From contig JACPDH010000080.1 of NCBI GenBank assembly GCA_016184115.1, positions 6,116 through 70,115 on the forward strand: a stretch of DNA of 64,000 nt, read 5' to 3'. The DNA comes from Acidobacteriota bacterium. Its GTDB lineage: Bacteria > Acidobacteriota > Thermoanaerobaculia > Gp7-AA8. The notes beneath the pieces are model-generated. The model was not told the origin of the DNA, ran no database searches, and was given only the letters and a program-made list of their open reading frames with translations. Positions 9,171 to 19,797 of this stretch are shown in pieces. The first letter of the stretch is position 1. Every line of letters begins with the position of its first letter. The translations under genes were made by a program, and so were the position numbers.

Positions 9171-11153
9171 ATGGTTCCAGAACCCGGCGTCCATCTCGGC
9201 ATCTACCGACTCACTCAACGTCTCGGCGCAGGCGGGATGGGTGAGGTGTGGAAAGCGGAGGACACGCGGCTTCACCGCAATGTCGCGATCAAGCTGCTTC
9301 CTGCGGCGATGACCGGCGACACGGAATCGCGGGCGCGCCTGCTCCGCGAGGCACGCACCGCCGGACAGCTCTACCACCCGAACATCGCGACGATTCACGC
9401 GATCGAGCTCGACGGCGAAGCTCCCTACATCGTGATGGAGTACGTCGAGGGCGAGTCGCTCACCCACGCGATCGGAGCGCGTCGCCTAACCGAGATGCAG
9501 ATTGCCGAGATGGGACGCGGAATCGCCGATGCGCTCGCGGAGGCACACGCAAAAGGGATCATCCACCGCGACATCAAGCCCGACAACGTCGTGTTGTCGG
9601 GAAGCCGCGTCAAAGTCCTCGATTTCGGGATCGCGAAGCGTTATGGCGATTCCGCCGAAACGCCTCCCGGCGAAATCGTCACCGAAGCAGGCGTCGTCCT
9701 GGGCACAGTCAGTTACATGTCGCCGGAGCAGGCGACCGGCAGGCCGCTCGACGGGCGCAGCGATATCTTCTCGCTCGGCGTGATGCTCTTCCAGGCGCTC
9801 GCCGGGCAACTTCCGTTTCGCGGGACCAGCAATCTCGAGACGCTCAAGCAGATCCTCCGGAGCGATCCGCCGGAGCTCGGAGCGATCGCTTCCACCGTCT
9901 CTCAGGAGATGGCCGCGATTGTTAGGCGCTGTTTGCGCAAGCCTCTCGAGGAGCGATACCAGAGCGCCGACGAGCTCGCGCGCGATCTCGGTCGCATCGC
10001 ACTGCGCGGCTTCGTGGAGACTCCGCCTCATCCACGTTCGATCGCTGTGCAGACTTCCGCGAATTCCGAAGCAATCACGATGGTGCAGCCAGTACCTGCC
10101 GCGCCGCGGTCTCCCGCTCCAGCGGCAGACCTCGCCCCGGCACAACCGCTTGCGCGGACCGTCGAAGCGCCGCGCCCGGCATCGGCCGGTCTGTCTCGTC
10201 CTGCGGTCTCCGTTCCCGCGTCCGCGCTGCCTTCGGCCGTAACGCCGCCACCCGCAGTGCCGGAAGCGATACCAGCGCCCCCCGTGGCCACCCCTTCTGC
10301 AGCACCGGCCGCCGGGTTCAGCTCGACCGCACCCGGCATCGAACCAGGGACGGTGCCAGCTCCGCCGCCTGCGGCTTCCTACACGCAGTGGATCGTGGCG
10401 GGCGCGTCGTTCATCGTCGTTCTCGCGATTGCCGGCGGCTTTCTCGTCGCGAAGCTGCTCGAGCCGAAGAGCGAGAACCAGCTTGCGCCCGCCGAGGCCA
10501 GCCTCGATACGGCAATGTCGCAGCAGACCGCGTCGAGCTCGCCTGCAGTCGCCGTGCCCGCAACGCAGCCTTCCCAGCAGGCTGCGCCTCCGGCCACCGC
10601 GAAGCCGCCCGCCGATTCGCCGGCGGCAGCCGCGCCGACTCGGCCTCAACTGCGCGCGAAACCCGATCTCAAGGTGGCCGCCGCATCGGCCACGACTCCT
10701 CCGAGCACCAGTTCGACAGCTGCTGCGAGGAATGCCTCTTATCGTGCGGCGATGGATTCGCTCGAGGGGGCGGGCTGGCGCCACCTCGACGACCAGGGGC
10801 GCATGACCGCGGGCGCCGAGGCCGCGGAGCCGCTCTTCGCTGAGGCGCTCGAAGCTGAGCCCGACAACGTCTCCGCGCAGCTCCATCTCGCGGTGATTCG
10901 ACTCTTCCGTCGCCGGTACGAGGTGGCGCAGAAGGCGATTCACCCTCTGCTCGCGAGCGAACGTCTCAGCTACTCGGAGCGTGCGATCGCGTCGTACAGC
11001 TTCTCGGCAAGCGCCGTAGCGCCCTCGGGCGCCGGGACCGCCGAGTTCGAGTCCGCTCTCGATCAGGCTCTGGCACACTACGGGAATGACCCACAGTTCG
11101 TAGCCTTCGCGCGCGATGCGCGATGGCTCGTCAAACGCGGCAAGCTGCGATAG
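9171..11153 (+). CDS. Hanks-type Ser/Thr protein kinase with a Pro/Ala-rich linker, one TM helix and a C-terminal TPR-like domain.
   Basis: GAGGMGEVWKA, HRDIKPDNV, DFGIAK and SPEQ motifs. TM segment IVAGASFIVVLAIAGGFLVA. The start is the ATG at 9171. Confidence 0.85.
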   Translation: MVPEPGVHLGIYRLTQRLGAGGMGEVWKAEDTRLHRNVAIKLLPAAMTGDTESRARLLREARTAGQLYHPNIATIHAIELDGEAPYIVMEYVEGESLTHAIGARRLTEMQIAEMGRGIADALAEAHAKGIIHRDIKPDNVVLSGSRVKVLDFGIAKRYGDSAETPPGEIVTEAGVVLGTVSYMSPEQATGRPLDGRSDIFSLGVMLFQALAGQLPFRGTSNLETLKQILRSDPPELGAIASTVSQEMAAIVRRCLRKPLEERYQSADELARDLGRIALRGFVETPPHPRSIAVQTSANSEAITMVQPVPAAPRSPAPAADLAPAQPLARTVEAPRPASAGLSRPAVSVPASALPSAVTPPPAVPEAIPAPPVATPSAAPAAGFSSTAPGIEPGTVPAPPPAASYTQWIVAGASFIVVLAIAGGFLVAKLLEPKSENQLAPAEASLDTAMSQQTASSSPAVAVPATQPSQQAAPPATAKPPADSPAAAAPTRPQLRAKPDLKVAAASATTPPSTSSTAAARNASYRAAMDSLEGAGWRHLDDQGRMTAGAEAAEPLFAEALEAEPDNVSAQLHLAVIRLFRRRYEVAQKAIHPLLASERLSYSERAIASYSFSASAVAPSGAGTAEFESALDQALAHYGNDPQFVAFARDARWLVKRGKLR

Positions 11154-11248
11154 CGCGGCTCGACGGGTCGCCCCTCGGGCCACTTCGCCTCACGCCGTCT
11201 TCGTGAGAGACTTCGCCATCAACTCACAATTCGAAATGGAGGTCCACC

Positions 11249-11809
11249 ATGGTCACCCTGGCATCTCTCTGGCTTCCAATCCTTCTTTCCGGCGTCGCGG
11301 TTTTCATCGTGAGCTCGATCATTCACATGGCTCTGCCGATCCACAAGAGCGATTACGCCAAGATGCCTGACGAGGACAAAGTCCTCGACGCAATGCGCGC
11401 GGCCGGCGTAGGGCAAGGCGCCTACATGTTCCCACACTGTGGGAGCCACAAGGAGCTCGATTCGCCGGAAACGAAGGCGAAGATGGCACAGGGGCCGATC
11501 GGCATCATGTTCGTGATGCCGAAAGGGGGCCCGGGCATGGGGAAGTGTCTGGCGCTCTGGTTCGTCTATTCGCTCTTCATTTCGTTCATGTCGGCCTACC
11601 TCGCGAGCGCCTTCCTCGAGTCGGGGACGCACTACCTCGCGGTCTTCCGCCACGTTGGAACGACTGCATTCATGGCGTATGGCATCGGGCAGATCTCCGA
11701 CTCGATCTGGAAAGCGCAGCCCTGGAGCTCGACGATCAAGAATGTTCTCGATGGCCTGCTCTATGGCCTCGTCACGGCCGGCGTTTTCGGCTGGCTCTGG
11801 CCGCGATAG
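11249..11809 (+). CDS. Small integral membrane protein of unknown function.
   Basis: 186 aa with about 4 predicted TM helices and good codon usage. Confidence 0.55.
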   Translation: MVTLASLWLPILLSGVAVFIVSSIIHMALPIHKSDYAKMPDEDKVLDAMRAAGVGQGAYMFPHCGSHKELDSPETKAKMAQGPIGIMFVMPKGGPGMGKCLALWFVYSLFISFMSAYLASAFLESGTHYLAVFRHVGTTAFMAYGIGQISDSIWKAQPWSSTIKNVLDGLLYGLVTAGVFGWLWPR

Positions 11810-11922
11810 CGTGCAAGGTTGGCTCGGCGCTCACGCGCCGAGCCAACCTTGGTCAGCGTCGAGCAACCACAGCCCGGCCGCCCGCTTGCGGATTGACCTT
11901 TGGCACTTGGTCTCCGCCCGCC

Positions 11923-13353
11923 TCACTTCACGTACATCTCGATCACGTTCTCGATCGCGCGGCTGCAGACGCGGCAGAAGCCGACGTCGTCGCGCGTGAA
12001 CATCATGCAGTCGGCTTGCGGGCGGTAGAGCCCCTTCGCTTCGTATCCCGCTCCCTCGAACGCGCCGACCTTGCCCGCGTGGGCAAACGAGCTCAGCAGC
12101 TTGCTGTCCCAGAGGAGCTCTTCGCGGAAGAGTGCGTCCATCTCGCTCTCGGGTGCGCCGGTCGCGCGCAGCTCGCGGCGCGTCTTCTGCACGGCGGCCG
12201 AGTGCTTCTCGTACTCCTCTTTCGGCCACGGCGTGGGGAGTGGCGTCCCGCTCGTCACGAGGTCCTTCCATTTGAGCTTCGCCGGGTCGCGCATCGCGGT
12301 AATGTTAGGCTCCCACGGCTCAGGGATGTCGCTCTTCCCCGTCTCATAGGCGACGTCCGACGTGTAGTACTCGTCGGCGAGTCCGGCAAAGTGGTGCCCG
12401 AACTCGTGGACGAAGACGTATTCGGTAAAGCCGGAGTCGACGCAGGTCGTCGCCTGGAAGTTGTAGATTCCTCCACCGCCATACTGCGCCTCGTTCACGA
12501 GGATCTCGACGAATTCGTACGGAGCCGCGGACGCGACGTCGCGCATCGCCTTATTGTCAAAGGTGAGGACGTAACGTTCAGAATCGAACGCGTTGTAGAC
12601 GGCAGACACGGGAGTCCGTCGCGGCTCACCGGTCCGCGGCTGATGCACACCCGTCATGCCCGACACGCTCTCGACGGCCCAGACATTGAAGTCGCCCTTG
12701 CGCGACTTGAATGGCTCGACGCGGAAGAGGGCATCGGTCAACCGCCGCGCGTCGGCGCGGAACTTCTCCATCTCCCCGGCGGTGTAGCCTTCTGCGATCA
12801 GCGCAAGGTCGACTTTCGACGATGAGGGGCCGTTCTCGAGAATCGCCGTGACGTTAGGCTTCAGCGGGAGCGCCGCGGAGTTCACGAATCGCGACGACGG
12901 ATCGATCGTCGTCGTCCATACCTCGCGAAAACTCGTCCGATCCTCGCCTCGCTTCCGGAGGACGACCTTGACCTTTCCTTTCGGCCAGGGGAAGCGGAGT
13001 GATTCGTGAAACGTGCGGTGCTCCTCCTTCGACTCGGGGGTGGTCACCCATTCGCCGAAGATCGACGAGAAGCCGCGCGAATAGACGAGCTCGCCGCTTG
13101 CCACGTCGGTGACCTCGAAGAAATACTCACCAGGCTTCGATGAATCGATGAGCTGTGTCGTCGAACCGGGCCACGCCCCATCGTTCACGATCTGGTCGAG
13201 CGCGACGATCTCCGTCCCCTTGCCTCCGGTGTGGAAGTAGTCGACCCGCATCGTCCGGCCGTCGAAGAGCCGCTCGAATCTCGCCGGGTCCGCGAATACT
13301 GATGAAGCAAATACGGCGACGGCGAACATCCACGCGAGCGAAAAGCGAACCAT
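11923..13353 (-). CDS. Secreted M64-family (IgA-peptidase-like) zinc metallopeptidase.
   Basis: N-terminal signal peptide. HExxH motif in VFVHEFGHHFAGLADEY. Confidence 0.75.
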   Translation of the reverse strand: MVRFSLAWMFAVAVFASSVFADPARFERLFDGRTMRVDYFHTGGKGTEIVALDQIVNDGAWPGSTTQLIDSSKPGEYFFEVTDVASGELVYSRGFSSIFGEWVTTPESKEEHRTFHESLRFPWPKGKVKVVLRKRGEDRTSFREVWTTTIDPSSRFVNSAALPLKPNVTAILENGPSSSKVDLALIAEGYTAGEMEKFRADARRLTDALFRVEPFKSRKGDFNVWAVESVSGMTGVHQPRTGEPRRTPVSAVYNAFDSERYVLTFDNKAMRDVASAAPYEFVEILVNEAQYGGGGIYNFQATTCVDSGFTEYVFVHEFGHHFAGLADEYYTSDVAYETGKSDIPEPWEPNITAMRDPAKLKWKDLVTSGTPLPTPWPKEEYEKHSAAVQKTRRELRATGAPESEMDALFREELLWDSKLLSSFAHAGKVGAFEGAGYEAKGLYRPQADCMMFTRDDVGFCRVCSRAIENVIEMYVK

Positions 13354-13432
13354 GTGAATCCTCCGTTACGTTGCTTTGGTTGACGGCCTCGGGCATCTTC
13401 CACCGCTCCGCGCGTTTTTACAATGGACGACG

Positions 13433-14467
13433 ATGTGCCGTAACACGATTCCCGCAGCGCTGCTCCTCGCCGTGCTCGCACCGCTCGCGCTTTCCCAGGA
13501 ACAGCGCGCGGATGAGACGATCACCGTGCAGCGCGTCATCATCGACGCGCACATCCTCAACGGCTCGGGCGAGCCGCTCGAGGATGTCAGGCCATCACAG
13601 CTCGAAGCGTTCATCGACGACCTGCCGGCGCGGGTCGAGGCGATCGAGTGGGTCGCGGATGACGAGGACGAGCCGGAGCCTCCGAAGCGCTCGTTTGGAG
13701 ACCCGGCGCCGAGGCTCTCGGCACTCGATCGCGCTCCACGAGGCCGGCGCATCGTTCTCTTCTTTCAGACTGACTTCCAGCGTGCCCGCATCCGCGGTCA
13801 CATTCGCATGGCTTCGCACGCGAAGGCCTTCATCCGTACGCTTCAGCCTGACGACCAGATCGCCGTGGTCTCGTTCGACTCGAAGCTCAAGCTCTGGCAG
13901 GACTTCACGAGCAATGTCGACGATCTCGACCGCGCGATCGACCGGACGAAGGAGATCGCCGAGGTGGAATGGCGCGATCTCGGCGTCTACCCTTCGCTCG
14001 CCGCCTCTCTCGACCCAGCAGACGCGGCCGACGCCGCGACCGTGGAGATGGGCCTTCGCCGCATCGGTGAAGCGCTTCAGGACATCGACGGGCGCAAGAC
14101 ACTCGTCATGTTCGGATACGGAATCGGCGTCTACGCGGGCAACGGCGTCGTCAGCTTTCCCGGCTACGCGGAAGCGCGACTCGCACTCGAGACTGCCCGG
14201 ACCTCGGTGTTTGCGCTCGACGTCAGCGACGCCGACTGGCACACCCTCGAGGGCGGGCTCGAGATGATCGCCGAAGATACAGGCGGTTTCTACGTGAAGA
14301 CACACGAGTTCGCGGGCAGGGCGGTGAAGAAACTCCACCGCGCGATCGCGGGCCATTACGAGATCGTGCTGATCAAGCCCGTTGAGCACCATGGCATTCA
14401 CGCGGTCCGCGTGAACGCCAAGATTCGTGGAGCGGAGGTCTTCACCAAGAAGACGTTCACCGACTGA
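13433..14467 (+). CDS. Secreted von Willebrand factor type A (VWA) domain protein, of the VWFA-related acidobacterial type.
   Basis: Signal peptide. VWA-like core (RIVLFFQTD…, DQIAVVSFDS…); this architecture is recalled from TIGR03436-type proteins. Confidence 0.65.
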   Translation: MCRNTIPAALLLAVLAPLALSQEQRADETITVQRVIIDAHILNGSGEPLEDVRPSQLEAFIDDLPARVEAIEWVADDEDEPEPPKRSFGDPAPRLSALDRAPRGRRIVLFFQTDFQRARIRGHIRMASHAKAFIRTLQPDDQIAVVSFDSKLKLWQDFTSNVDDLDRAIDRTKEIAEVEWRDLGVYPSLAASLDPADAADAATVEMGLRRIGEALQDIDGRKTLVMFGYGIGVYAGNGVVSFPGYAEARLALETARTSVFALDVSDADWHTLEGGLEMIAEDTGGFYVKTHEFAGRAVKKLHRAIAGHYEIVLIKPVEHHGIHAVRVNAKIRGAEVFTKKTFTD

Positions 14468-14536
14468 TTGGCCTTTGGCCTGCTTTTCACTACACTTCGC
14501 CCTCTACTTCTCTCTCTTCGTACCGGAGGTGCGACC

Positions 14537-15661
14537 ATGACCGTAACTCAGGATGCCCCCACGGGCACCGCGCTCAATCAGAATCCTCTCAAGCTGAAAC
14601 GGGTGCATCACGTGGAGTTCTGGGTCGGAAACGCGAAACAGGCCGCGTTCTACTACCGGAAGGCGTTCGGATTTTCACAGCTCGCCTACCGCGGTCTGGA
14701 GACGGGAGCGCGCGACGCGGCCTCATACGTTCTCGCTCAGGGAAAGGTCCGCTTCGTGCTGACGACACCACTGACTCCCGAGCATCCGGCCGGGGAGCAC
14801 ATCCGAAACCACGGCGACGGCGTACGCGACATCGCACTCGAAGTCGAGGACACCGATTTCGCGTTTCACGAGGCGGTCCGTCGCGGCGCCACGCCTGTCG
14901 TCGCGCCGCACGACGTGACCGACGCGAACGGCACGGTCCGTCACGCCGCGATTCAGACCTACGGCGATACGATCCACTCGTTCATCGCGGCAAAGGCCTA
15001 CGCGGGCGACTTCCTCCCCGGCTTCGCACCAGCGCCGGTCGCGGAACCTTCGACTGGAATCGTGATGGTCGACCACATGGTCGGCAACGTCGAGCTCGGC
15101 AAGATGAACGTCTGGGCGGAGTGGTACCAGAAAGTCATGGGGTTCTCGCGCTACATCACGTTCGACGACAAGGACATCTCGACGGAGTATTCGGCGCTGA
15201 TGTCGATCGTCATGTCCGACGACAACAAGGTCGTGAAGTTCCCGATCAATGAACCGGCTGAGGGAAAGAAGAAGAGCCAGATCCAGGAGTATCTCGAGGC
15301 GTACCGGGGAGCCGGCGTACAGCACGTCGCGCTGCTCTGTGGTGACGTGATCGAGACGGTGTCGAAGCTGCACGAGAACGGCGTCGAGTTTCTGCGCGTC
15401 CCCGACAGTTACTACGACGAGCTGCCGGCGCGCGTTGGCGAGATCTCCGAGCCATTGGAGACCTTGAAAAGGCTCGGCATCCTCGTCGACCGCGACGACG
15501 AAGGCTACCTGCTGCAGATCTTCACCAAGCCGGTCGAAGACAGGCCGACCGTCTTCTACGAGATCATCCAGCGCAAGGGCTGCCGCGGATTCGGAAAAGG
15601 AAATTTCAAGGCACTCTTCGTTTCGATCGAGCACGAACAGGAGAAGCGGGGAAACTTGTGA
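14537..15661 (+). CDS. hppD: 4-hydroxyphenylpyruvate dioxygenase.
   Basis: [17 protein letters not shown], two VOC/glyoxalase-type repeats, and the C-terminal [11 protein letters not shown]. Confidence 0.9.
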   Translation: MTVTQDAPTGTALNQNPLKLKRVHHVEFWVGNAKQAAFYYRKAFGFSQLAYRGLETGARDAASYVLAQGKVRFVLTTPLTPEHPAGEHIRNHGDGVRDIALEVEDTDFAFHEAVRRGATPVVAPHDVTDANGTVRHAAIQTYGDTIHSFIAAKAYAGDFLPGFAPAPVAEPSTGIVMVDHMVGNVELGKMNVWAEWYQKVMGFSRYITFDDKDISTEYSALMSIVMSDDNKVVKFPINEPAEGKKKSQIQEYLEAYRGAGVQHVALLCGDVIETVSKLHENGVEFLRVPDSYYDELPARVGEISEPLETLKRLGILVDRDDEGYLLQIFTKPVEDRPTVFYEIIQRKGCRGFGKGNFKALFVSIEHEQEKRGNL

Positions 15662-16944
15662 CCGATTACCAGTCCGGCTTCGCCAACGAATTCGCCACCG
15701 AGTCGATCCCCGGCGCGCTACCCATCGGACAGAATGCGCCCCAGGCGGCCCCGTTAGGCCTCTACGCCGAGCAGCTGAGTGGCACGGCGTTCACGATGCC
15801 GCGCACGGCGAATCGGCGGTCGTGGCTCTACCGCATACGCCCCGCGGTGAAACACGGTCCGTTCGAGCCGGTCCCGACCGGACTCGTCCGCGGTACACCA
15901 TTCGACGAGCTCCCGCCGTCGCCTAACCAGCTTCGATGGGACCCGGTCGCGATCCCGTCAGAGGCCACAGACTTCATCGATGGACTCGTCACGATCTGCG
16001 GTAATGGCGATATCAACACATTCGCCGGAATGGCGGCGCACGTCTACCGCGCGAATCGGTCGATGAACGGGCGCTTCTTCTACGACGCCGACGGGGAGCT
16101 CCTCTTCGTGCCCGAGATGGGCCGGCTTCGCCTCGCGACCGAGCTCGGTGTACTCGACGTCGCGCCGGGAGAGATCGCCGTCATTCCGCGCGGAGTCCGT
16201 TTCCGTGTCGAGCTTTTCGACGCGACTGCGCGTGGCTACCTCTGCGAGAACTTTGGCGCTCTCTTTCGTCCTCCCGATCTCGGTCCGATCGGCGCGAACG
16301 GCCTTGCGAGCTCTCGCGACTTTCTGACTCCTGTCGCCGCGTTCGAGGATCGTGACGGCGACTTCGAGCTCGTCGCGAAATATCAGGGAGCGCTCTTCAG
16401 CGCACCAATCGACCACTCACCGCTCGACGTCGTCGCGTGGCACGGCAACTACGCGCCTTACAAGTACGACCTCGGCCGCTTCAACACGATCAACAGCGTG
16501 TCGTTCGACCATCCCGATCCTTCGATCTTCACCGTCCTGACTTCGCCGACCGACACGCCAGGCACCGCGAATGTCGACTTCGTCATCTTTCCGCCGCGAT
16601 GGATGGTCGCCGAGCACACCTTTCGCCCGCCTTACTTCCACCGCAACGTGATGAGTGAGTACATGGGGCTCGTGCTCGGGAAGTACGACGCGAAGGAAGA
16701 AGGCTTCGTCCCCGGCGGCGCGAGTCTGCACAACTGCATGTCGGGACATGGTCCCGACGCCGAGACATTCGCGCAGGCAAGCACGGCGACGCTCGAGCCG
16801 CAGCGTTACCGCGACACGCTCGCGTTCATGTTCGAGACGCGCTTCGCGCTGAAACCGACGAAGTTCGCGATGGAAACGGAACACCGGCAGCGGGAGTACT
16901 TCCGTTGCTGGGACGGACTGAAGAAGAACTTCGATCCGCGTTGA
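15658..16944 (+). CDS. hmgA: Homogentisate 1,2-dioxygenase.
   Basis: The N-terminus [23 protein letters not shown](A)PQ is a hallmark of HmgA. The GTG start overlaps the hppD stop. Confidence 0.9.
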   Translation: MTDYQSGFANEFATESIPGALPIGQNAPQAAPLGLYAEQLSGTAFTMPRTANRRSWLYRIRPAVKHGPFEPVPTGLVRGTPFDELPPSPNQLRWDPVAIPSEATDFIDGLVTICGNGDINTFAGMAAHVYRANRSMNGRFFYDADGELLFVPEMGRLRLATELGVLDVAPGEIAVIPRGVRFRVELFDATARGYLCENFGALFRPPDLGPIGANGLASSRDFLTPVAAFEDRDGDFELVAKYQGALFSAPIDHSPLDVVAWHGNYAPYKYDLGRFNTINSVSFDHPDPSIFTVLTSPTDTPGTANVDFVIFPPRWMVAEHTFRPPYFHRNVMSEYMGLVLGKYDAKEEGFVPGGASLHNCMSGHGPDAETFAQASTATLEPQRYRDTLAFMFETRFALKPTKFAMETEHRQREYFRCWDGLKKNFDPR

Positions 16945-16985
16945 AGACCAGGCCACGGCTGAACCGAGAAGGCAGAAAGGGCGCG

Positions 16986-17864
16986 ATGTCTGAACCTCTC
17001 AGAACGCTGCTGGCGCGACTCATCGACTACGCCGGACTCTTCCCTCCGGCCGCTCTGCCGATGGGGACGACGGTGTCGAACTACGCGCGCTACCGTAGCT
17101 CGGGTGAACGATGGATGCTCGGGCGGCTGATCGTCCCCGTCGCTCGTTTCGGCGAGCTCGAGCCCGCGCTGGCGAGTGTAGCCACAACGCGTGCCGAGCC
17201 GTGGCAGATCAGCGCGCTCACGGGCGCCGACCTGATCGCGGATCTCGACGAGATCGCCGCATTCAACGCGCGCAATCGCGGGCGCGCGATCGTCGACGCG
17301 ATCGAAACGAAAGTTGCGACGAGCGAGGGGATCGCGGCGGCCTCGGCAATCATCCCGCCCGAGATCGAAACCTACTTCGAGCTTCCACTCGCTCTCGATC
17401 CCGACGCACTCGTCGCGGCGATTGCAGGATCGGGACGCCGGGCGAAAATGCGGACAGGCGGCGTCACCGAGGACGCCTTTCCGCCTGCGGCACACATCGC
17501 GCGATTCATCGCTCGTTGTGCGGCGCACGGCGTTGCATTCAAAGCCACCGCAGGGCTGCATCACCCGCTTCGCTGCGTCCGGCCGCTCACCTACGAGCCT
17601 CGCAGTGCGACCGGCATGATGCATGGTTTTCTCAATGTCTTCCTTTCCGCGGCGCTGATCATCGGCGGCAGCCCCGTGATGCTCGCCGAAGAGCTTCTAG
17701 AAGAGACCGATCCCGCGACACTGACATTCGGCGACGACGCGATTCGCTGGCGCGGCAACAGCATCGCGACCAACGCGCTCGCCGCGGCGCGGGCGCTCGC
17801 CATTTCGTTCGGATCGTGCTCGTTCGACGAGCCAGTACGCGAGCTCCATGAGATGGCGAGCTGA
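16986..17864 (+). CDS. Conserved hypothetical protein of unknown family. It occupies the slot where maleylacetoacetate isomerase usually sits.
   Basis: 292 aa with good codon bias and an RBS (gaaagg). It lies between hmgA and fahA. No GST-like motif was recognised. Confidence 0.55.
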   Translation: MSEPLRTLLARLIDYAGLFPPAALPMGTTVSNYARYRSSGERWMLGRLIVPVARFGELEPALASVATTRAEPWQISALTGADLIADLDEIAAFNARNRGRAIVDAIETKVATSEGIAAASAIIPPEIETYFELPLALDPDALVAAIAGSGRRAKMRTGGVTEDAFPPAAHIARFIARCAAHGVAFKATAGLHHPLRCVRPLTYEPRSATGMMHGFLNVFLSAALIIGGSPVMLAEELLEETDPATLTFGDDAIRWRGNSIATNALAAARALAISFGSCSFDEPVRELHEMAS

Positions 17865-17982
17865 ACGCTGATATCAGACCGTATTACCGAGTCGGAGCGG
17901 GTGTCGCGGCTGCGTCGAGCCAGAAGCGTCACGCTCCTCTATAGTTCACCTTTCAGCCGATCACGATCTCACGAGCGAATCT

Positions 17983-19290
17983 ATGACGACGCATCTCGAC
18001 CACACGCATGACCCATCGCTTCGCAGTTTCGTCGACAGTGCCAACGACCCGTCGACCGACTTCCCCATCCAAAACCTGCCGCTCGGCGTCTTCGTACGCG
18101 GCACGGGGCGCCATGTCGGCATTGCGATCGGAAGATCGGTGCTCGACGTCACGAGCGCGGCAAGGGAGCTCTTCGCCGGCGATACCGCGACGGCAGCCGA
18201 GGCATGCGCAACCGGTTCGCTCAACGCGCTGATGGCTCTCGGTCGTCCAGCAGCGCGTGCGCTTCGCAGACGCGCAAGCGAGCTCCTTCGGCACGGAAGC
18301 GGCGAGCGTGCGGCGGTCGAGCGCCACCTGATTCCGATGCGCGATGTGCAAATGCTTCTGCCCGCCACGATTGGCGACTACACGGACTTCTACGCGTCGG
18401 TACACCACGCGACGAATGTCGGGAGCATGTTCCGTCCCGACAATCCACTGCTGCCTAACTATAAGTGGGTTCCGATCGGCTATCACGGCCGCGCATCATC
18501 GATCGTCGCGAGCGGAACTCCCGTCGTGCGGCCGAAAGGCCAGACGAAGGACGACGCAAGCGCCTCGCCGGCCTTCGGCCCCTCGAAGCGGCTCGACTAC
18601 GAGCTCGAGGTCGGATGCTTCGTGGCGGGACGGAATGCGCTCGGCGAAACGCTGCCGATCGCCGATGCCGACGACCGCATCTTCGGACTATGCCTTCTGA
18701 ACGACTGGTCCGCGCGTGATATCCAGGCGTGGGAGTACCAGCCACTCGGGCCGTTTCTCGCGAAGAACTTTGCGACGTCGATCTCGCCGTGGGTTGTCAC
18801 GCTCGATGCGCTGGCGCCGTTCCGCGCGCCGCTCGCGCCACGCGCCGAGGGCGATCCGCGCCCCCTTCCGTACCTTGACGGTGAGACTGACCGTAGCGCC
18901 GGCGGTTTCGCCGTCACGCTCGAAGTCGCAATTTCCTCGCGAAGAATGCGCGAGTCCGATATGCCCGCAACGGTCTTGAGCCGCAGCTCGCTGCTCGACG
19001 TCTACTGGAGCTTCGCGCAGATGCTCGCGCATCACGCGAGCGGAGGCTGCAACCTGGAGCCGGGAGATCTCGTCGGCAGCGGTACCGTCTCCGGCGAAGC
19101 GAAGGACGCGCGCGGATGTCTCCTCGAGTTGACATGGAGAGGCAGCGACCCGATCTCGCTGCTTTCGGGTGAGCAGCGCAAGTTCCTCGAAGACGGAGAC
19201 GAAGTCGTCCTGCGTGGTTGGTGCGAACGCGAGGGTTACGCTCGCATCGGATTCGGCGAGTGCGTCGGGGAAATCGTGCCGGCGCGGTAA
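17983..19290 (+). CDS. fahA: Fumarylacetoacetase (fumarylacetoacetate hydrolase).
   Basis: The N-terminal FAH-N region (FPIQNLPLGVF) and the C-terminal FAH fold motifs are present. ~435 aa, typical of FahA. Confidence 0.85.
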   Translation: MTTHLDHTHDPSLRSFVDSANDPSTDFPIQNLPLGVFVRGTGRHVGIAIGRSVLDVTSAARELFAGDTATAAEACATGSLNALMALGRPAARALRRRASELLRHGSGERAAVERHLIPMRDVQMLLPATIGDYTDFYASVHHATNVGSMFRPDNPLLPNYKWVPIGYHGRASSIVASGTPVVRPKGQTKDDASASPAFGPSKRLDYELEVGCFVAGRNALGETLPIADADDRIFGLCLLNDWSARDIQAWEYQPLGPFLAKNFATSISPWVVTLDALAPFRAPLAPRAEGDPRPLPYLDGETDRSAGGFAVTLEVAISSRRMRESDMPATVLSRSSLLDVYWSFAQMLAHHASGGCNLEPGDLVGSGTVSGEAKDARGCLLELTWRGSDPISLLSGEQRKFLEDGDEVVLRGWCEREGYARIGFGECVGEIVPAR

Positions 19291-19314
19291 CGACAGGGAG
19301 GGAGGAGGGTAGAC

Positions 19315-19433
19315 GGCAGAAAGCAGACGCCAGAAGGCACAAGTCAGAAGGCGAATCGGAGAACGCTAATTCACGCTCCGAAATCTGATATCTGCCATTC
19401 TCCGTTTCTGCCTTCTGGTTTCCGCCTTCTGCC
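19315..19433. terminator. Inverted heptamer arrays, (NNCAGAA)x7 then a spacer then (TTCTGNN)x5, forming a long hairpin between the convergent fahA and cupin genes. Probably a bidirectional terminator.
   Basis: ggcagaaagcagacgccagaaggcacaagtcagaaggcgaatcggagaacg … cattctccgtttctgccttctggtttccgccttctgcc. Confidence 0.6.
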
Positions 19434-19792
19434 TAAATCCGTTCCGGCTCCGCGACTGTCCGATCGCCACCTGCGTTGCCGGTGTTGAGCGTCGAAGCTG
19501 GCTCGAAGAGAAGCACAGAGACCTCAGCCTCCGCGACAGGCCGATGCTCCACTCCGCGCGGAACGACGATGAACTCACCCTCGGCGATCGGCACTTGTCG
19601 GTCGCGGAACTCCATCACGAATCGACCTGCGAGGACGAGGAACATCTCGTCTTCGCGCTCATGCTGATGCCAGACGAACTCGCCCTGAAACTTCACGAGC
19701 TTCACATGTTGGCCGTTGAGCTCGGCGACGATCTTCGGATCCCAGTGCGTCGAGAATATCGCCAGCTTCTGCGCGAGGTTGATCTTCTCCAT
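19433..19792 (-). CDS. Cupin-domain protein.
   Basis: Cupin 2 motif region (HQHEREDEMFLVLAGRF…VVPRGVEH). The start is at ATG 19792 (MEKINL). Confidence 0.65.
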   Translation of the reverse strand: MEKINLAQKLAIFSTHWDPKIVAELNGQHVKLVKFQGEFVWHQHEREDEMFLVLAGRFVMEFRDRQVPIAEGEFIVVPRGVEHRPVAEAEVSVLLFEPASTLNTGNAGGDRTVAEPERI

Positions 19793-19797
19793 ATGCT

